Shown here piece after piece: positions 1-8,229 of a stretch of 64,000 bases of DNA. The notes under the pieces were generated by a model. The model saw nothing but the letters and a program-made list of their open reading frames with translations, did not search any database and had not been told where the DNA came from. Numbering within the stretch: the stretch's first letter is position 1; each line of letters begins with the position of its first letter. The DNA is from Methanobacteriota archaeon. Lineage in GTDB: Archaea > Thermoplasmatota > Thermoplasmata > SG8-5 > JAGLSY01. A program made the translations under genes and the position numbers. Location: positions 160,001 to 224,000 of the forward strand of contig JAEHCO010000001.1 in assembly GCA_020697715.1 (NCBI GenBank), in the 5' to 3' direction.

Positions 1-215
1 CGCTCGAAATGCCGGCAGAATCGATGCAAATGGTGAACATGGCCGTCCACCGGGACCCGAAGGATATGGACGCTCTTTACGGCAAGGCGAAGATCCTACT
101 ATTTGAGAAGAAGTACGCGGCCTCGAAAAGATGCCTGGAAAAGATAATCAACAGGCAGCCAGATAGGGACGAGGCGAAGTACCTGCTGGAGATGATAGAG
201 CAGATTAGCGGTTAA
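1..215 (+). CDS. TPR-containing protein, C-terminal part (probably truncated by window edge)
   Basis: ALYGKAKILL...YAASKRCLEKII...PDRDEA is a TPR-like helix pair; the frame is open to the window start. Confidence 0.6.
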   Translation, partial: LEMPAESMQMVNMAVHRDPKDMDALYGKAKILLFEKKYAASKRCLEKIINRQPDRDEAKYLLEMIEQISG

Positions 216-963
216 GAGTATATTCTGAGAAATCCTCAGCCATCAATTGACTTTTCTTTCTCCGTTTCATTGAGAAGTACATAATCAAAACAATTATAAT
301 TAATGAGCTTGTACAACATAACCAGCCAACCCAATAATTTGGATTTTGACCTTCCCATTGAATCTCAAGTATCTCTCCTGTATTAGCATCAATGATTACA
401 TCGCAGGATACTCTATTACATGGAATATCAAAACCAAGCCCACTGCAATATAATTGAGAAATCGAACAATTCCATATTGGAGTGGAGGTGTTTACATACA
501 TCTCAAGGTTAAATCTACCACTAGGATCTGGAGCCTCAATAAGAAATTCATTGAATGTTTCATTTTCTTGTAATATGCGCCATAACTGGTCACTATCAAT
601 TGACCAGTTATGAATGGGCACTCTGTTCGAATTATCTACCCCAATATACCCAGGTTCATTTTTAATTGTATTGTTCTGATAAACGACAATGCGTGTTTGA
701 TTAGTGGAGTTGGTAAAAATATATTCATCAGTATAATAGAACGTGAAACCAAATACATCATAGCTCTTTCCTTGGTGATAATATAATCCGACCAGTGTAG
801 CATTTTCATCCCAATTTTTGGCATATTCATCTGCAATGATCTTCTTATCCATAGCGGTTTTTTCATCGTCTGCTGAAGTAAAATATGGAATAGCTAGTGA
901 TCCAAATATAAGAATACAAATGATCAATACACATGAAATTATTCTTTTATTCTCTTCCACCAA
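205..963 (-). CDS. Hypothetical membrane-anchored surface protein with PepSY-like motif
   Basis: N-terminal hydrophobic helix, IIDANTGEIL motif, C-terminal TM followed by KRRKK; visibly AT-rich. Confidence 0.6.
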   Translation of the reverse strand: MVEENKRIISCVLIICILIFGSLAIPYFTSADDEKTAMDKKIIADEYAKNWDENATLVGLYYHQGKSYDVFGFTFYYTDEYIFTNSTNQTRIVVYQNNTIKNEPGYIGVDNSNRVPIHNWSIDSDQLWRILQENETFNEFLIEAPDPSGRFNLEMYVNTSTPIWNCSISQLYCSGLGFDIPCNRVSCDVIIDANTGEILEIQWEGQNPNYWVGWLCCTSSLIIIVLIMYFSMKRRKKSQLMAEDFSEYTLNR

Positions 964-1170
964 CTAATCCTCCACTTGCATTAACGGAAAAGGAAGGCTT
1001 GCTTAAATGCCTTGTGTTATGATATACCAATCATATCCACTCCGAGCAGGCCAATGGGGGAAGGGATTGGCCAGAGAGGAGTGGGGTGGGGGGATTGTCG
1101 ATATTTTGGGGTGGGCGATTCAGGGGTTTGACCATTCTATTGAGGGTGTGTCGTGTTCGTTTGTTATGTG

Positions 1171-1352
1171 GGGTGAGGATAAGGACCCCGCCCCTGCGTC
1201 TCTCGGGGCGGGGCTTGATTTTCCTCCTCGCTTTCAAATGCGAGGAGTCAATCTTCCTACTGGCACATCGCAACTGTCACTCACTGAGATATAGAATATA
1301 GTACCCCGCCCTAATGAATATTCTTTGAATAGTCCAGACGGGGCATGCTCGC
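1171..1352. mobile_element. ORF-less hairpin-rich element, possible IS200/IS605-derived miniature element
   Basis: Hairpins CCCCGCCCC..GGGGCGGGG (1186-1213), CTCCTCGC..GCGAGGAG followed by TCAA (1224-1251), and CCCCGCCC..AGACGGGG (1304-1343); ~1275-1350 is similar to 62565-62640. Confidence 0.4.
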
Positions 1353-1404
1353 ACTGGTTCGAACATACATTGTTGGGAATGTGCTTTGTAGAGAATATGC
1401 TGGC

Positions 1405-2550
1405 CTATTTCATGGGAATTGTGCCCGCGACCTGTTCCAATATATCCATGCCCTTCTCGATGTTCTCAATCGTATTAGCATACGAGAACCTGAGATGGCC
1501 TTCTCCACCGCTGCCAAAGGCAGACCCGGGAGCGCATATCATTCCAGCCTCCAGAAGCTTCATCGCGAAATCCATGCCCAGTATATCATGATCGAAGGAT
1601 GGGAAAGCGTAGAAAGCTCCATTGGGCTTCAAGCACGTGAAGCCGTCGATCTTGTTGATACGATCGACGATGACATCTCGCCTTTTCCTGAGTATGTTCA
1701 CTCTCTCATCGATCTTATTGTCAGGTGCTTCCATCGCCTTCTGGCAAGCATATTGCAATGGAGTTGGTGGGCATGCGATATTGTAATATTGAATTTTGGA
1801 AAGGTCCTTGATCAGTTCCTCGGAAGAGGCCATGTATCCCACCCTCCAGCCGGTCATGGCGAAGGATTTTGAGAAGGAGTTTATGTAAACCACATTGTCA
1901 TAATCCCCATTGAGGAAAGAATAATGTTTGCCATCATAGACTATTTTGTCATACACCTCATCTGATATTATTACGAGATCATGATCGATGGCTATGTCCC
2001 TGATCGCCCGAATGGTGTCCTTGTCTATGACCCCGGATGTTGGGTTATTGGGAGTATTGAGAATGATGGCCTTGGTCCTGGTGTTTATGAGCTCCAGTAT
2101 CTCATCTGGCTGTGGAACAAAAGCATGCTCCTGCTTGAGCGAGTATTTCACTGGGAAAGCACCGCACATGATAGCGTGGGGTGAGTAAAGCACGAAGCCA
2201 GGATCCGGGATAAGTATCTCATCACCATGGTCAAAGAGTGCCATCGCGGACACCAAAAGTCCCTGGGTGGCACCTGCGGTGATCATCACGTTCTCACGGG
2301 TGACATCTTTTCTATTTATGTGAAGGCTTTCGGCTATGGAATCTCTTAGTTCCGGCATGCCCTTGGTCGGGCCATAGCCATTATGTCCCTCATTGACTGC
2401 TTTTGACAAGGCCTGCTTTGCCTCATCTATCGGCTCGAAATCCAATTCACCGATACCCAGGTTTATGGTTCCTGGCTTAGCCAATTCGAACATCTTTCTT
2501 ATTCCAGATATCTCAAGTCTTTTTGTCCTTGCTGCTGCCCAATCTCTCAT
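1405..2550 (-). CDS. PLP-dependent aminotransferase class I/II (aspartate aminotransferase-like)
   Basis: NTPNNPTS, SDEVY, SFSKSFAMTGWRVG (PLP lysine), HLRFSYA. Confidence 0.93.
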   Translation of the reverse strand: MRDWAAARTKRLEISGIRKMFELAKPGTINLGIGELDFEPIDEAKQALSKAVNEGHNGYGPTKGMPELRDSIAESLHINRKDVTRENVMITAGATQGLLVSAMALFDHGDEILIPDPGFVLYSPHAIMCGAFPVKYSLKQEHAFVPQPDEILELINTRTKAIILNTPNNPTSGVIDKDTIRAIRDIAIDHDLVIISDEVYDKIVYDGKHYSFLNGDYDNVVYINSFSKSFAMTGWRVGYMASSEELIKDLSKIQYYNIACPPTPLQYACQKAMEAPDNKIDERVNILRKRRDVIVDRINKIDGFTCLKPNGAFYAFPSFDHDILGMDFAMKLLEAGMICAPGSAFGSGGEGHLRFSYANTIENIEKGMDILEQVAGTIPMK

Positions 2551-2771
2551 GGCAACCGCAATGCTTAAACTTGATTTTAAAGGCTTCGGAACATATATCG
2601 CATTTTGTTAAATTATAGTATGGAATAGTAGTCGGTTGCCGTAAGACCATCAATAAAAATTTAACTAAACGCGGGGCTTTTTGCTCCGTGAGTATGGGCT
2701 TATGGCCTATGGAATGAAACTTTCAGGCTCGATTAAAATACATTCAAATCCTTCAGGGCCTGATAGTTTCA

Positions 2772-2786
2772 GGAAAGTTTATATCA
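2772..2786 (+). promoter_or_regulatory. Putative BRE/TATA promoter of the proteasome-exosome operon
   Basis: GGAAAG-TTTATATC about 35 nt upstream of the probable psmA ATG. Confidence 0.45.
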
Positions 2787-2817
2787 CAATGGATATTAAC
2801 CCTGGTTGAGTGATAAA

Positions 2818-3555
2818 ATGCAAGCAGGACAAATGGCTTATGATAGAGCAATAACTGTATTTTCCCCAGATGGTAGACTGTTCCAGGTAGAATATGCGAG
2901 GGTCGCCGTGGGTAGAGGTACGACGACAGCCGGTCTCAAATTCAAGGACGGGGTCGTATTGATGGCAGATAAAAAGATGAGCAGCAGGCTCATTGAATCC
3001 AATTCAATAGAGAAGATATTCTCTATCGACAAGCATGTTGGCTGTGCTACATCTGGCCTGGTTGCCGATGCAAGGGCACTTGTGGATTATGCAAGGGTCG
3101 TTGGTCAGGTCAACAAGGTGACTTATGAGGAAAGGATCAGTGTCGACATACTTGTTAAGAAGATATGTGATTATAAACAGAATTACACACAGTATGGTGG
3201 AGTTCGTCCCTTTGGAACCGCACTCCTGGTTGGAGGCGTTGATTCACATGGAAGCCACCTGTACGAAACAGACCCAAGTGGTGCCTTGATATCCTACAAA
3301 GCAGGAAGCATAGGTTCTGGACGGGCGGTTGTCATGGAACTTTTCGAAGATAAGTTCAAGGATGAAATGAAAATGGAAGATGCCATACTCCTTGGTTTGG
3401 AAGGCTTGAAAAGAGCCAGTGATGATCCACTGACACCAGATACGGTGGAGATCGGGATCATAAGGAAAGGAAAGGATTTCGAGAAGCTGGATGAGGCCGC
3501 TATCAAGAAGTACCTCGATAAGCTATCGGGACAAAAACCGAAAAAGGAAGGGTAA
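2818..3555 (+). CDS. psmA: 20S proteasome alpha subunit
   Basis: YDRAITVFSPDGRLFQVEYA signature, RPFG, ETDPSG; ATG 2818 preferred over TTG 2806. Confidence 0.97.
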   Translation: MQAGQMAYDRAITVFSPDGRLFQVEYARVAVGRGTTTAGLKFKDGVVLMADKKMSSRLIESNSIEKIFSIDKHVGCATSGLVADARALVDYARVVGQVNKVTYEERISVDILVKKICDYKQNYTQYGGVRPFGTALLVGGVDSHGSHLYETDPSGALISYKAGSIGSGRAVVMELFEDKFKDEMKMEDAILLGLEGLKRASDDPLTPDTVEIGIIRKGKDFEKLDEAAIKKYLDKLSGQKPKKEG

Positions 3556-3594
3556 TAAAGATTTTATCTTTATTAAATTCAAGGTGCTGGTTAG

Positions 3595-4326
3595 ATGGTC
3601 AAGGACAGGATGATCCAAAAGGAATACACGGACAACTTAATGGACGGTATGGTGATCGCAAGCCTTGACAGTCATGGACATACATTTGAGATCATTGTAG
3701 AAGCAGATGCTGTCGACGATATTAAGACTGGAAATATAGAAGATATTCTTGAGCATATGCCAGAGGATACGATATTCAAGGATGCACGGAAGGGAGATAG
3801 GGCATCCGAGGACACCCTCAAAACGGCTTTTTCTTCAGAGGATGTCGCTGAGATCGCCAAGGTGATCATTAAAAAAGGCCAGGTTCAGCTTACTACCGAA
3901 CAGAGAAAGGTCATGACCGAAGAGAAGAGGAAGCAAGTGATCCACTTGATCGCCAGAGAGGTCATGAACCCGCAGACCAAGATGCCACATCCACCACAGA
4001 GGATCGAGATGGCCATGGACGAGGCTGGTGTGCATATAGATCCTTTCAAATCGGTCAATGTCCAGATGAAAGAGGTCGTGGACGCTTTAAGACCACTTCT
4101 TCCCATAAGCTTCGAGAAGGTCAGGATGGCGGTCAAGGTTTCCGCAACAGATTATGGCCGATGCTTTGGAGATATCAAGAATTTTGGAAAGATCATTAGA
4201 GAAGAATGGCAAAATGATGGATCCTGGATAGGCATCATCGAGATGGCTGGTGGCCTTCAAACGGACTTCATGTCCAAAATAGGCGAGAAGACCAAAGGGG
4301 CCGCGGATATCAAGGTGGTCAAGTAG
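3595..4326 (+). CDS. sdo1: Ribosome maturation protein SBDS/Sdo1
   Basis: IFKDARKG, QLTTEQR, NPQTKMPHPPQRIEMAM; conserved position after psmA. Confidence 0.95.
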   Translation: MVKDRMIQKEYTDNLMDGMVIASLDSHGHTFEIIVEADAVDDIKTGNIEDILEHMPEDTIFKDARKGDRASEDTLKTAFSSEDVAEIAKVIIKKGQVQLTTEQRKVMTEEKRKQVIHLIAREVMNPQTKMPHPPQRIEMAMDEAGVHIDPFKSVNVQMKEVVDALRPLLPISFEKVRMAVKVSATDYGRCFGDIKNFGKIIREEWQNDGSWIGIIEMAGGLQTDFMSKIGEKTKGAADIKVVK

Positions 4327-4355
4327 ACGGTCCACCTTCCTCCCAGGATGATAAA

Positions 4356-5069
4356 ATGACTTCACAGGAAACTACTTCGAATGAAAGGGTATTTGTTTTG
4401 CCTGGTGATATTCTTGGAGATGATAGTTTTAGATCTGGGTCTGGAACCTATAGTAAAGATGGTTCGATCCATGCTTCACAGGCTGGTATCCTGAACATAA
4501 ACAGGGATTTTATCAATGTCATGCCAATTTCCAGTAAATATAATCCAAAGTTCGGAGACTCCGTAATAGGGATGATTATTGATCATGGACCTTCAAGCTG
4601 GATGGTGGATATAGGATGTCCATACACTGCCATGATGCACACGAATGACGTGCAGTGGAATGTCAAGTTTGGGGAAACTGGAAAGTACCTCAAGCCCGGT
4701 GATGCCATATTGTCAAGGGTCTCCAATGTGAACGAGGTCAAAAAGATACAGATCACGATGAAGGATCATGGCCTGAGGAAATTGGAGAATGGGATACTGG
4801 TCAAGATACCACAACCAAAAGTACCCAGGATAATAGGAAAAGGTGGGTCCATGATATCCATGTTGAAACAGAAGACCCAGACAAAGATGTTCGTGGGGCA
4901 GAATGGCATGGTGTGGATCGAAGGCGAGAATGAGAATATGCAGGCTGTATCACAGGCGATACAGATCATCATAGATAGAGCTCATGTGTCCGGGCTGACA
5001 GAGTATGTGGAGAAGTATCTGGACAATCAAGATATTAGTAGCCAGGATATTGGAAATACTGGGGATTGA
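4356..5069 (+). CDS. rrp4: Exosome RNA-binding subunit Rrp4
   Basis: VLPGD, S1 domain (YNPKFGDSVIG), KH motif PRIIGKGGSMI, GQNG; synteny. Confidence 0.95.
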   Translation: MTSQETTSNERVFVLPGDILGDDSFRSGSGTYSKDGSIHASQAGILNINRDFINVMPISSKYNPKFGDSVIGMIIDHGPSSWMVDIGCPYTAMMHTNDVQWNVKFGETGKYLKPGDAILSRVSNVNEVKKIQITMKDHGLRKLENGILVKIPQPKVPRIIGKGGSMISMLKQKTQTKMFVGQNGMVWIEGENENMQAVSQAIQIIIDRAHVSGLTEYVEKYLDNQDISSQDIGNTGD

Positions 5070-5854
5070 AAATGGACGATATACAACTTATTGATAAGAA
5101 AGGCAAGAGGAAAGATAGCAGAGGTCCTGAAGACCTGAGGCCTATCAAGATCGAGGCCGGTGTCCTGGACAATGCTGATGGATCTGCTTATATCGAATGG
5201 GGTAAGAACAAGATCATCGTGGGTGTCTATGGTCCAAGGGAGATGCATCAAAAACATCTTCAAAGACCTGACAAGGCCATCGTTCAAGTTAGCTATAGTA
5301 TGGCCAGCTTCTCAGTGGATGAGAGAAAGAAGCCAGGCCAAGGTAGAAGAGAGCATGAGATCTCGAAGATCATAGCCGAGGCACTGGAGAGGTCGATCAT
5401 ATCAGATCAATACCCAAGAACCTCGATAGATGTCTACATCGAGGTCTTGGAAGCAAGTGCAGGAACTAGATGTGCTGGTGTGACCGCGGCATCTGTAGCA
5501 ATTGCAGATGCCGGAATTCCAATGATCGGAATGGTGGCATCATGCGCTGCTGGCAAGATAAATGGCCAGGTGGTACTTGACCTGGACAAGCTGGAGGATA
5601 ATATCGGAGACGCTGACCTTCCAGTGGGATACATACCGAAGACCGAGGAGGTCGTGCTTTTGCAAATGGACGGCCATTTCACTCCTGAAGAATTTGATAA
5701 GGCATTCGTCCTGGCAAGGGGTGCTTGCATCCAGATCCAAGAACTTCAGAAGGAGGCTCTTGTTAAGAAATATTCACAAGAACCTGAAGAGAATGGCACT
5801 GATGATAATGGAGAAAATAAAGATGATATGGCCGAGGGAGGGGTGCTACAATGA
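5066..5854 (+). CDS. rrp41: Exosome core subunit Rrp41 (RNase PH-like)
   Basis: RPIKIEAG, ADGSAYIEWG, YGPRE, AGTRCA, LQMDG. Confidence 0.96.
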   Translation: MKMDDIQLIDKKGKRKDSRGPEDLRPIKIEAGVLDNADGSAYIEWGKNKIIVGVYGPREMHQKHLQRPDKAIVQVSYSMASFSVDERKKPGQGRREHEISKIIAEALERSIISDQYPRTSIDVYIEVLEASAGTRCAGVTAASVAIADAGIPMIGMVASCAAGKINGQVVLDLDKLEDNIGDADLPVGYIPKTEEVVLLQMDGHFTPEEFDKAFVLARGACIQIQELQKEALVKKYSQEPEENGTDDNGENKDDMAEGGVLQ

Positions 5855-6630
5855 AAGATATAGTGCCTGATCTCAAGGTCGAGCAGATAAAAAGGCTGGC
5901 GGCCAGCGGTGGTCGTTTAGATGGCAGAGGTCTTGATCAATTTCGTGATATCGAGATACAGAGAGATGTTCTGGGTAGCGCGGAAGGATCGGCCAGGATC
6001 AAACTTGGTAAAACTGAGCTCATTGTCGGCATAAAGGTCGGTATGGGGCAGCCATACAGCAATAAGCCAGATCATGGAATGTTGGCAACTAGTGTGGAGC
6101 TCAAGCCCATCGCCCACCACAGTTTTGATCAAAATATCACGAAGCCCATGTCCATCGAGATATCCAGAGTCGTCGATAGGGGAATTCGGGAAAGTGGCAT
6201 GATAGATCTGAAAAGTCTATGCCTGGAGTCTGGCAGAAAATGCTGGATGGTGAATCTCGATATCATGGTATTGAATTTTGATGGTAATCTGATAGATGCT
6301 TCCACGATCGGAAGTTTGGTGGCGCTTTCCGGTACTACAGTTCCGGCATCGCTATTTGATTTGGGCGAGGATTTCCCACTGCCGATAGGAAATATGCCGA
6401 TTTCGACCACATTTGTCAAGATCGGGGAGCATATTTTGATCGACCCAACAGGCACTGAAGAGGCTGTGGCCGATGCCCGTTTGACCATCACGACGGATGC
6501 CTCGGGTGACATGCGTGCTATGCAGAAAGGTTTAAGTGGGGCTCTTTATTACGAGGACGTTACCAAAGCTATAGAACACTCCATAAAAACAGGTAAGAAC
6601 ATAAGGGAAATCATCCAAAGGAGAGATTAA
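5851..6630 (+). CDS. rrp42: Exosome core subunit Rrp42
   Basis: RLDGRGLDQFR, AEGSA, EISRVVDRGIRES, DGNLIDA, DPT, QKG. Confidence 0.95.
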   Translation: MKDIVPDLKVEQIKRLAASGGRLDGRGLDQFRDIEIQRDVLGSAEGSARIKLGKTELIVGIKVGMGQPYSNKPDHGMLATSVELKPIAHHSFDQNITKPMSIEISRVVDRGIRESGMIDLKSLCLESGRKCWMVNLDIMVLNFDGNLIDASTIGSLVALSGTTVPASLFDLGEDFPLPIGNMPISTTFVKIGEHILIDPTGTEEAVADARLTITTDASGDMRAMQKGLSGALYYEDVTKAIEHSIKTGKNIREIIQRRD

Positions 6631-6632
6631 AA

Positions 6633-7037
6633 ATGGCAAGGCGAACCAAGAAAGTTGGAATCACAGGCAAGTTTGGACCCAGATACGGTGTCACAGTTCG
6701 AAAGAAGATAAAGGAAGTCAGCAAAGCAAGGCAGACCCCTCAGAAATGTCCAGAGTGCCAACACTCTGCAGTCAAGAGGGAGAGCAGTGGTATTTGGATA
6801 TGCAATCACTGCGGTCTTAAATTTGCGGCATCGGCCTACTCTATAAGAACCAGAGAATTCAAGAAGGAACAGGCAACTATGCTGGAATATGAAGAACTGA
6901 GCCCGGATGAGATACCGAACACAAAAGAACCAGAGGTTGTAAGTGAGCCTGAAGTGGTAGAAGAAGAACTTGTCCCGGAAGAGATAGTTCCTGAAGAAAT
7001 AGTCCCTGAAGAGATGGAAACAGAAGAGGTGGAGTAG
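6633..7037 (+). CDS. rpl37ae: 50S ribosomal protein L37Ae (eL43) with acidic C-terminal extension
   Basis: TKKVGITGKFGPRYG, CPEC...GIWICNHC zinc ribbon. Confidence 0.95.
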   Translation: MARRTKKVGITGKFGPRYGVTVRKKIKEVSKARQTPQKCPECQHSAVKRESSGIWICNHCGLKFAASAYSIRTREFKKEQATMLEYEELSPDEIPNTKEPEVVSEPEVVEEELVPEEIVPEEIVPEEMETEEVE

Positions 7038-7094
7038 AATGCGAGAGCGAAGCGATTGTATTCTAAAGCACGAAATGAAATGGAGTGATTAAAT

Positions 7095-7229
7095 ATGTAC
7101 AGATGTGGGAAGTGCAAGAATCAGATCAGGGGAGATACTAACATCGTTGGTATCCAGTGTACGAATTGCGGTTCAAAGATATTCTACAAAGAGAGACCGA
7201 ACGTGAAGAAATCAATACAGGCGAGATGA
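7095..7229 (+). CDS. rpoP: RNA polymerase subunit P (Rpo12), 44 aa, absent from the ORF track
   Basis: Manual translation MYRCGKCKNQIRGDTNIVGIQCTNCGSKIFYKERPNVKKSIQAR; GGAGTGA RBS; canonical position after rpl37ae. Confidence 0.92.
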   Translation: MYRCGKCKNQIRGDTNIVGIQCTNCGSKIFYKERPNVKKSIQAR

Positions 7230-7233
7230 TACA

Positions 7234-7665
7234 TTGCCTGTAAAGAACTTCGAGATGGTCACTATAGATGCCAGACGTTTTTCAAAGTCTGGCGAGAAAC
7301 ATACCAATATCAGAATAGATCATAATAGCTCGATCACCCAGATAGTGGAGATCAATGACAAGGAAGCCAGCATCGACTATCGCTTCACTGCCAATTACAC
7401 TGGTATCGGCGTCATAAAGATCGAAGGCAGAATAGTTTTTGAGGGTGAGGCGGCCGAGATAGCGCATATGTGGGCCACCGAGCACAAGATGCCCGATGAT
7501 GTTGCCAATCAGATCCATGGTGCGATAATGAGCAATTGCTTGCCCGAAGCAGTGATCCTGGCAAGGGATATACGATTACCACCACCTATACCGATGCCAC
7601 AGGTGAAAGTGGGTGGCCAGCAGGAAAAGAAATCCCAGCCTTCAACTGGTATTGAAGTTGCTTAA
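7234..7665 (+). CDS. Conserved-looking archaeal hypothetical protein, possible SecB-like fold
   Basis: Starts 4 nt after rpoP; beta-strand-rich, then a helix and LPPPIPMP. Confidence 0.65.
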   Translation: MPVKNFEMVTIDARRFSKSGEKHTNIRIDHNSSITQIVEINDKEASIDYRFTANYTGIGVIKIEGRIVFEGEAAEIAHMWATEHKMPDDVANQIHGAIMSNCLPEAVILARDIRLPPPIPMPQVKVGGQQEKKSQPSTGIEVA

Positions 7666-7696
7666 CTTCAAAGCTCTGCAGTGATATTGAAGTTGT

Positions 7697-8026
7697 TTAG
7701 GCAAGCTCATCTTTACTTTCAACAATCTCAAATTTCATATCTAAAGTGCTAATCAAAGTGAGGCCTGCAAGAATTATCAGGACAAATAAAAAGATAGAGA
7801 AATGATCCATATAGAATTCTATTCCAGGCCATATATACATGCCAAGCATCAGAGAAAAAGTGATTATTGATGTGATATGGACCATTCGAAATGGTACTTT
7901 TGCCCATATAAGATGTGTCCTACATTTCGGACATGGAGCTTCTTGTCTTATTCCAATAAGATTTGAGAATTCCCATCTCTCAACCCAGCTCATCCGATAG
8001 TCGCATGAAGGACATTCAAACACCAT
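7697..8026 (-). CDS. Zn-ribbon plus two-TM hypothetical protein
   Basis: CPSC...CPKC followed by two hydrophobic helices; GGAGA RBS-like motif. Confidence 0.6.
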   Translation of the reverse strand: MVFECPSCDYRMSWVERWEFSNLIGIRQEAPCPKCRTHLIWAKVPFRMVHITSIITFSLMLGMYIWPGIEFYMDHFSIFLFVLIILAGLTLISTLDMKFEIVESKDELA

Positions 8027-8229
8027 TTTTCACTTCTCCTAATCATCTAATATCAATTAATAATCCATTTATGAGCTTATAAAGATTTCGAGAAATTTCC
8101 CATTAATTTATGAGCGGGTACTGGGAATACCCAAATAACTATTATATCAACATATTTATATTCAACATCCAATATACCGACTGAATACGGCCCAAAATTG
8201 ACATTCGGTATATAGTATAGTTACAGAAT

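Noticed and set aside
1007-1301. Short ORFs at 1007, 1031 and 1086
   Set aside because: No recognisable motifs; they overlie GC-rich hairpins
1037-1352. RNase P RNA, SRP RNA or SECIS
   Set aside because: Conserved GAGGAAAGUCC and SRP helix-8 motifs not found; no UGA-interrupted selenoprotein nearby
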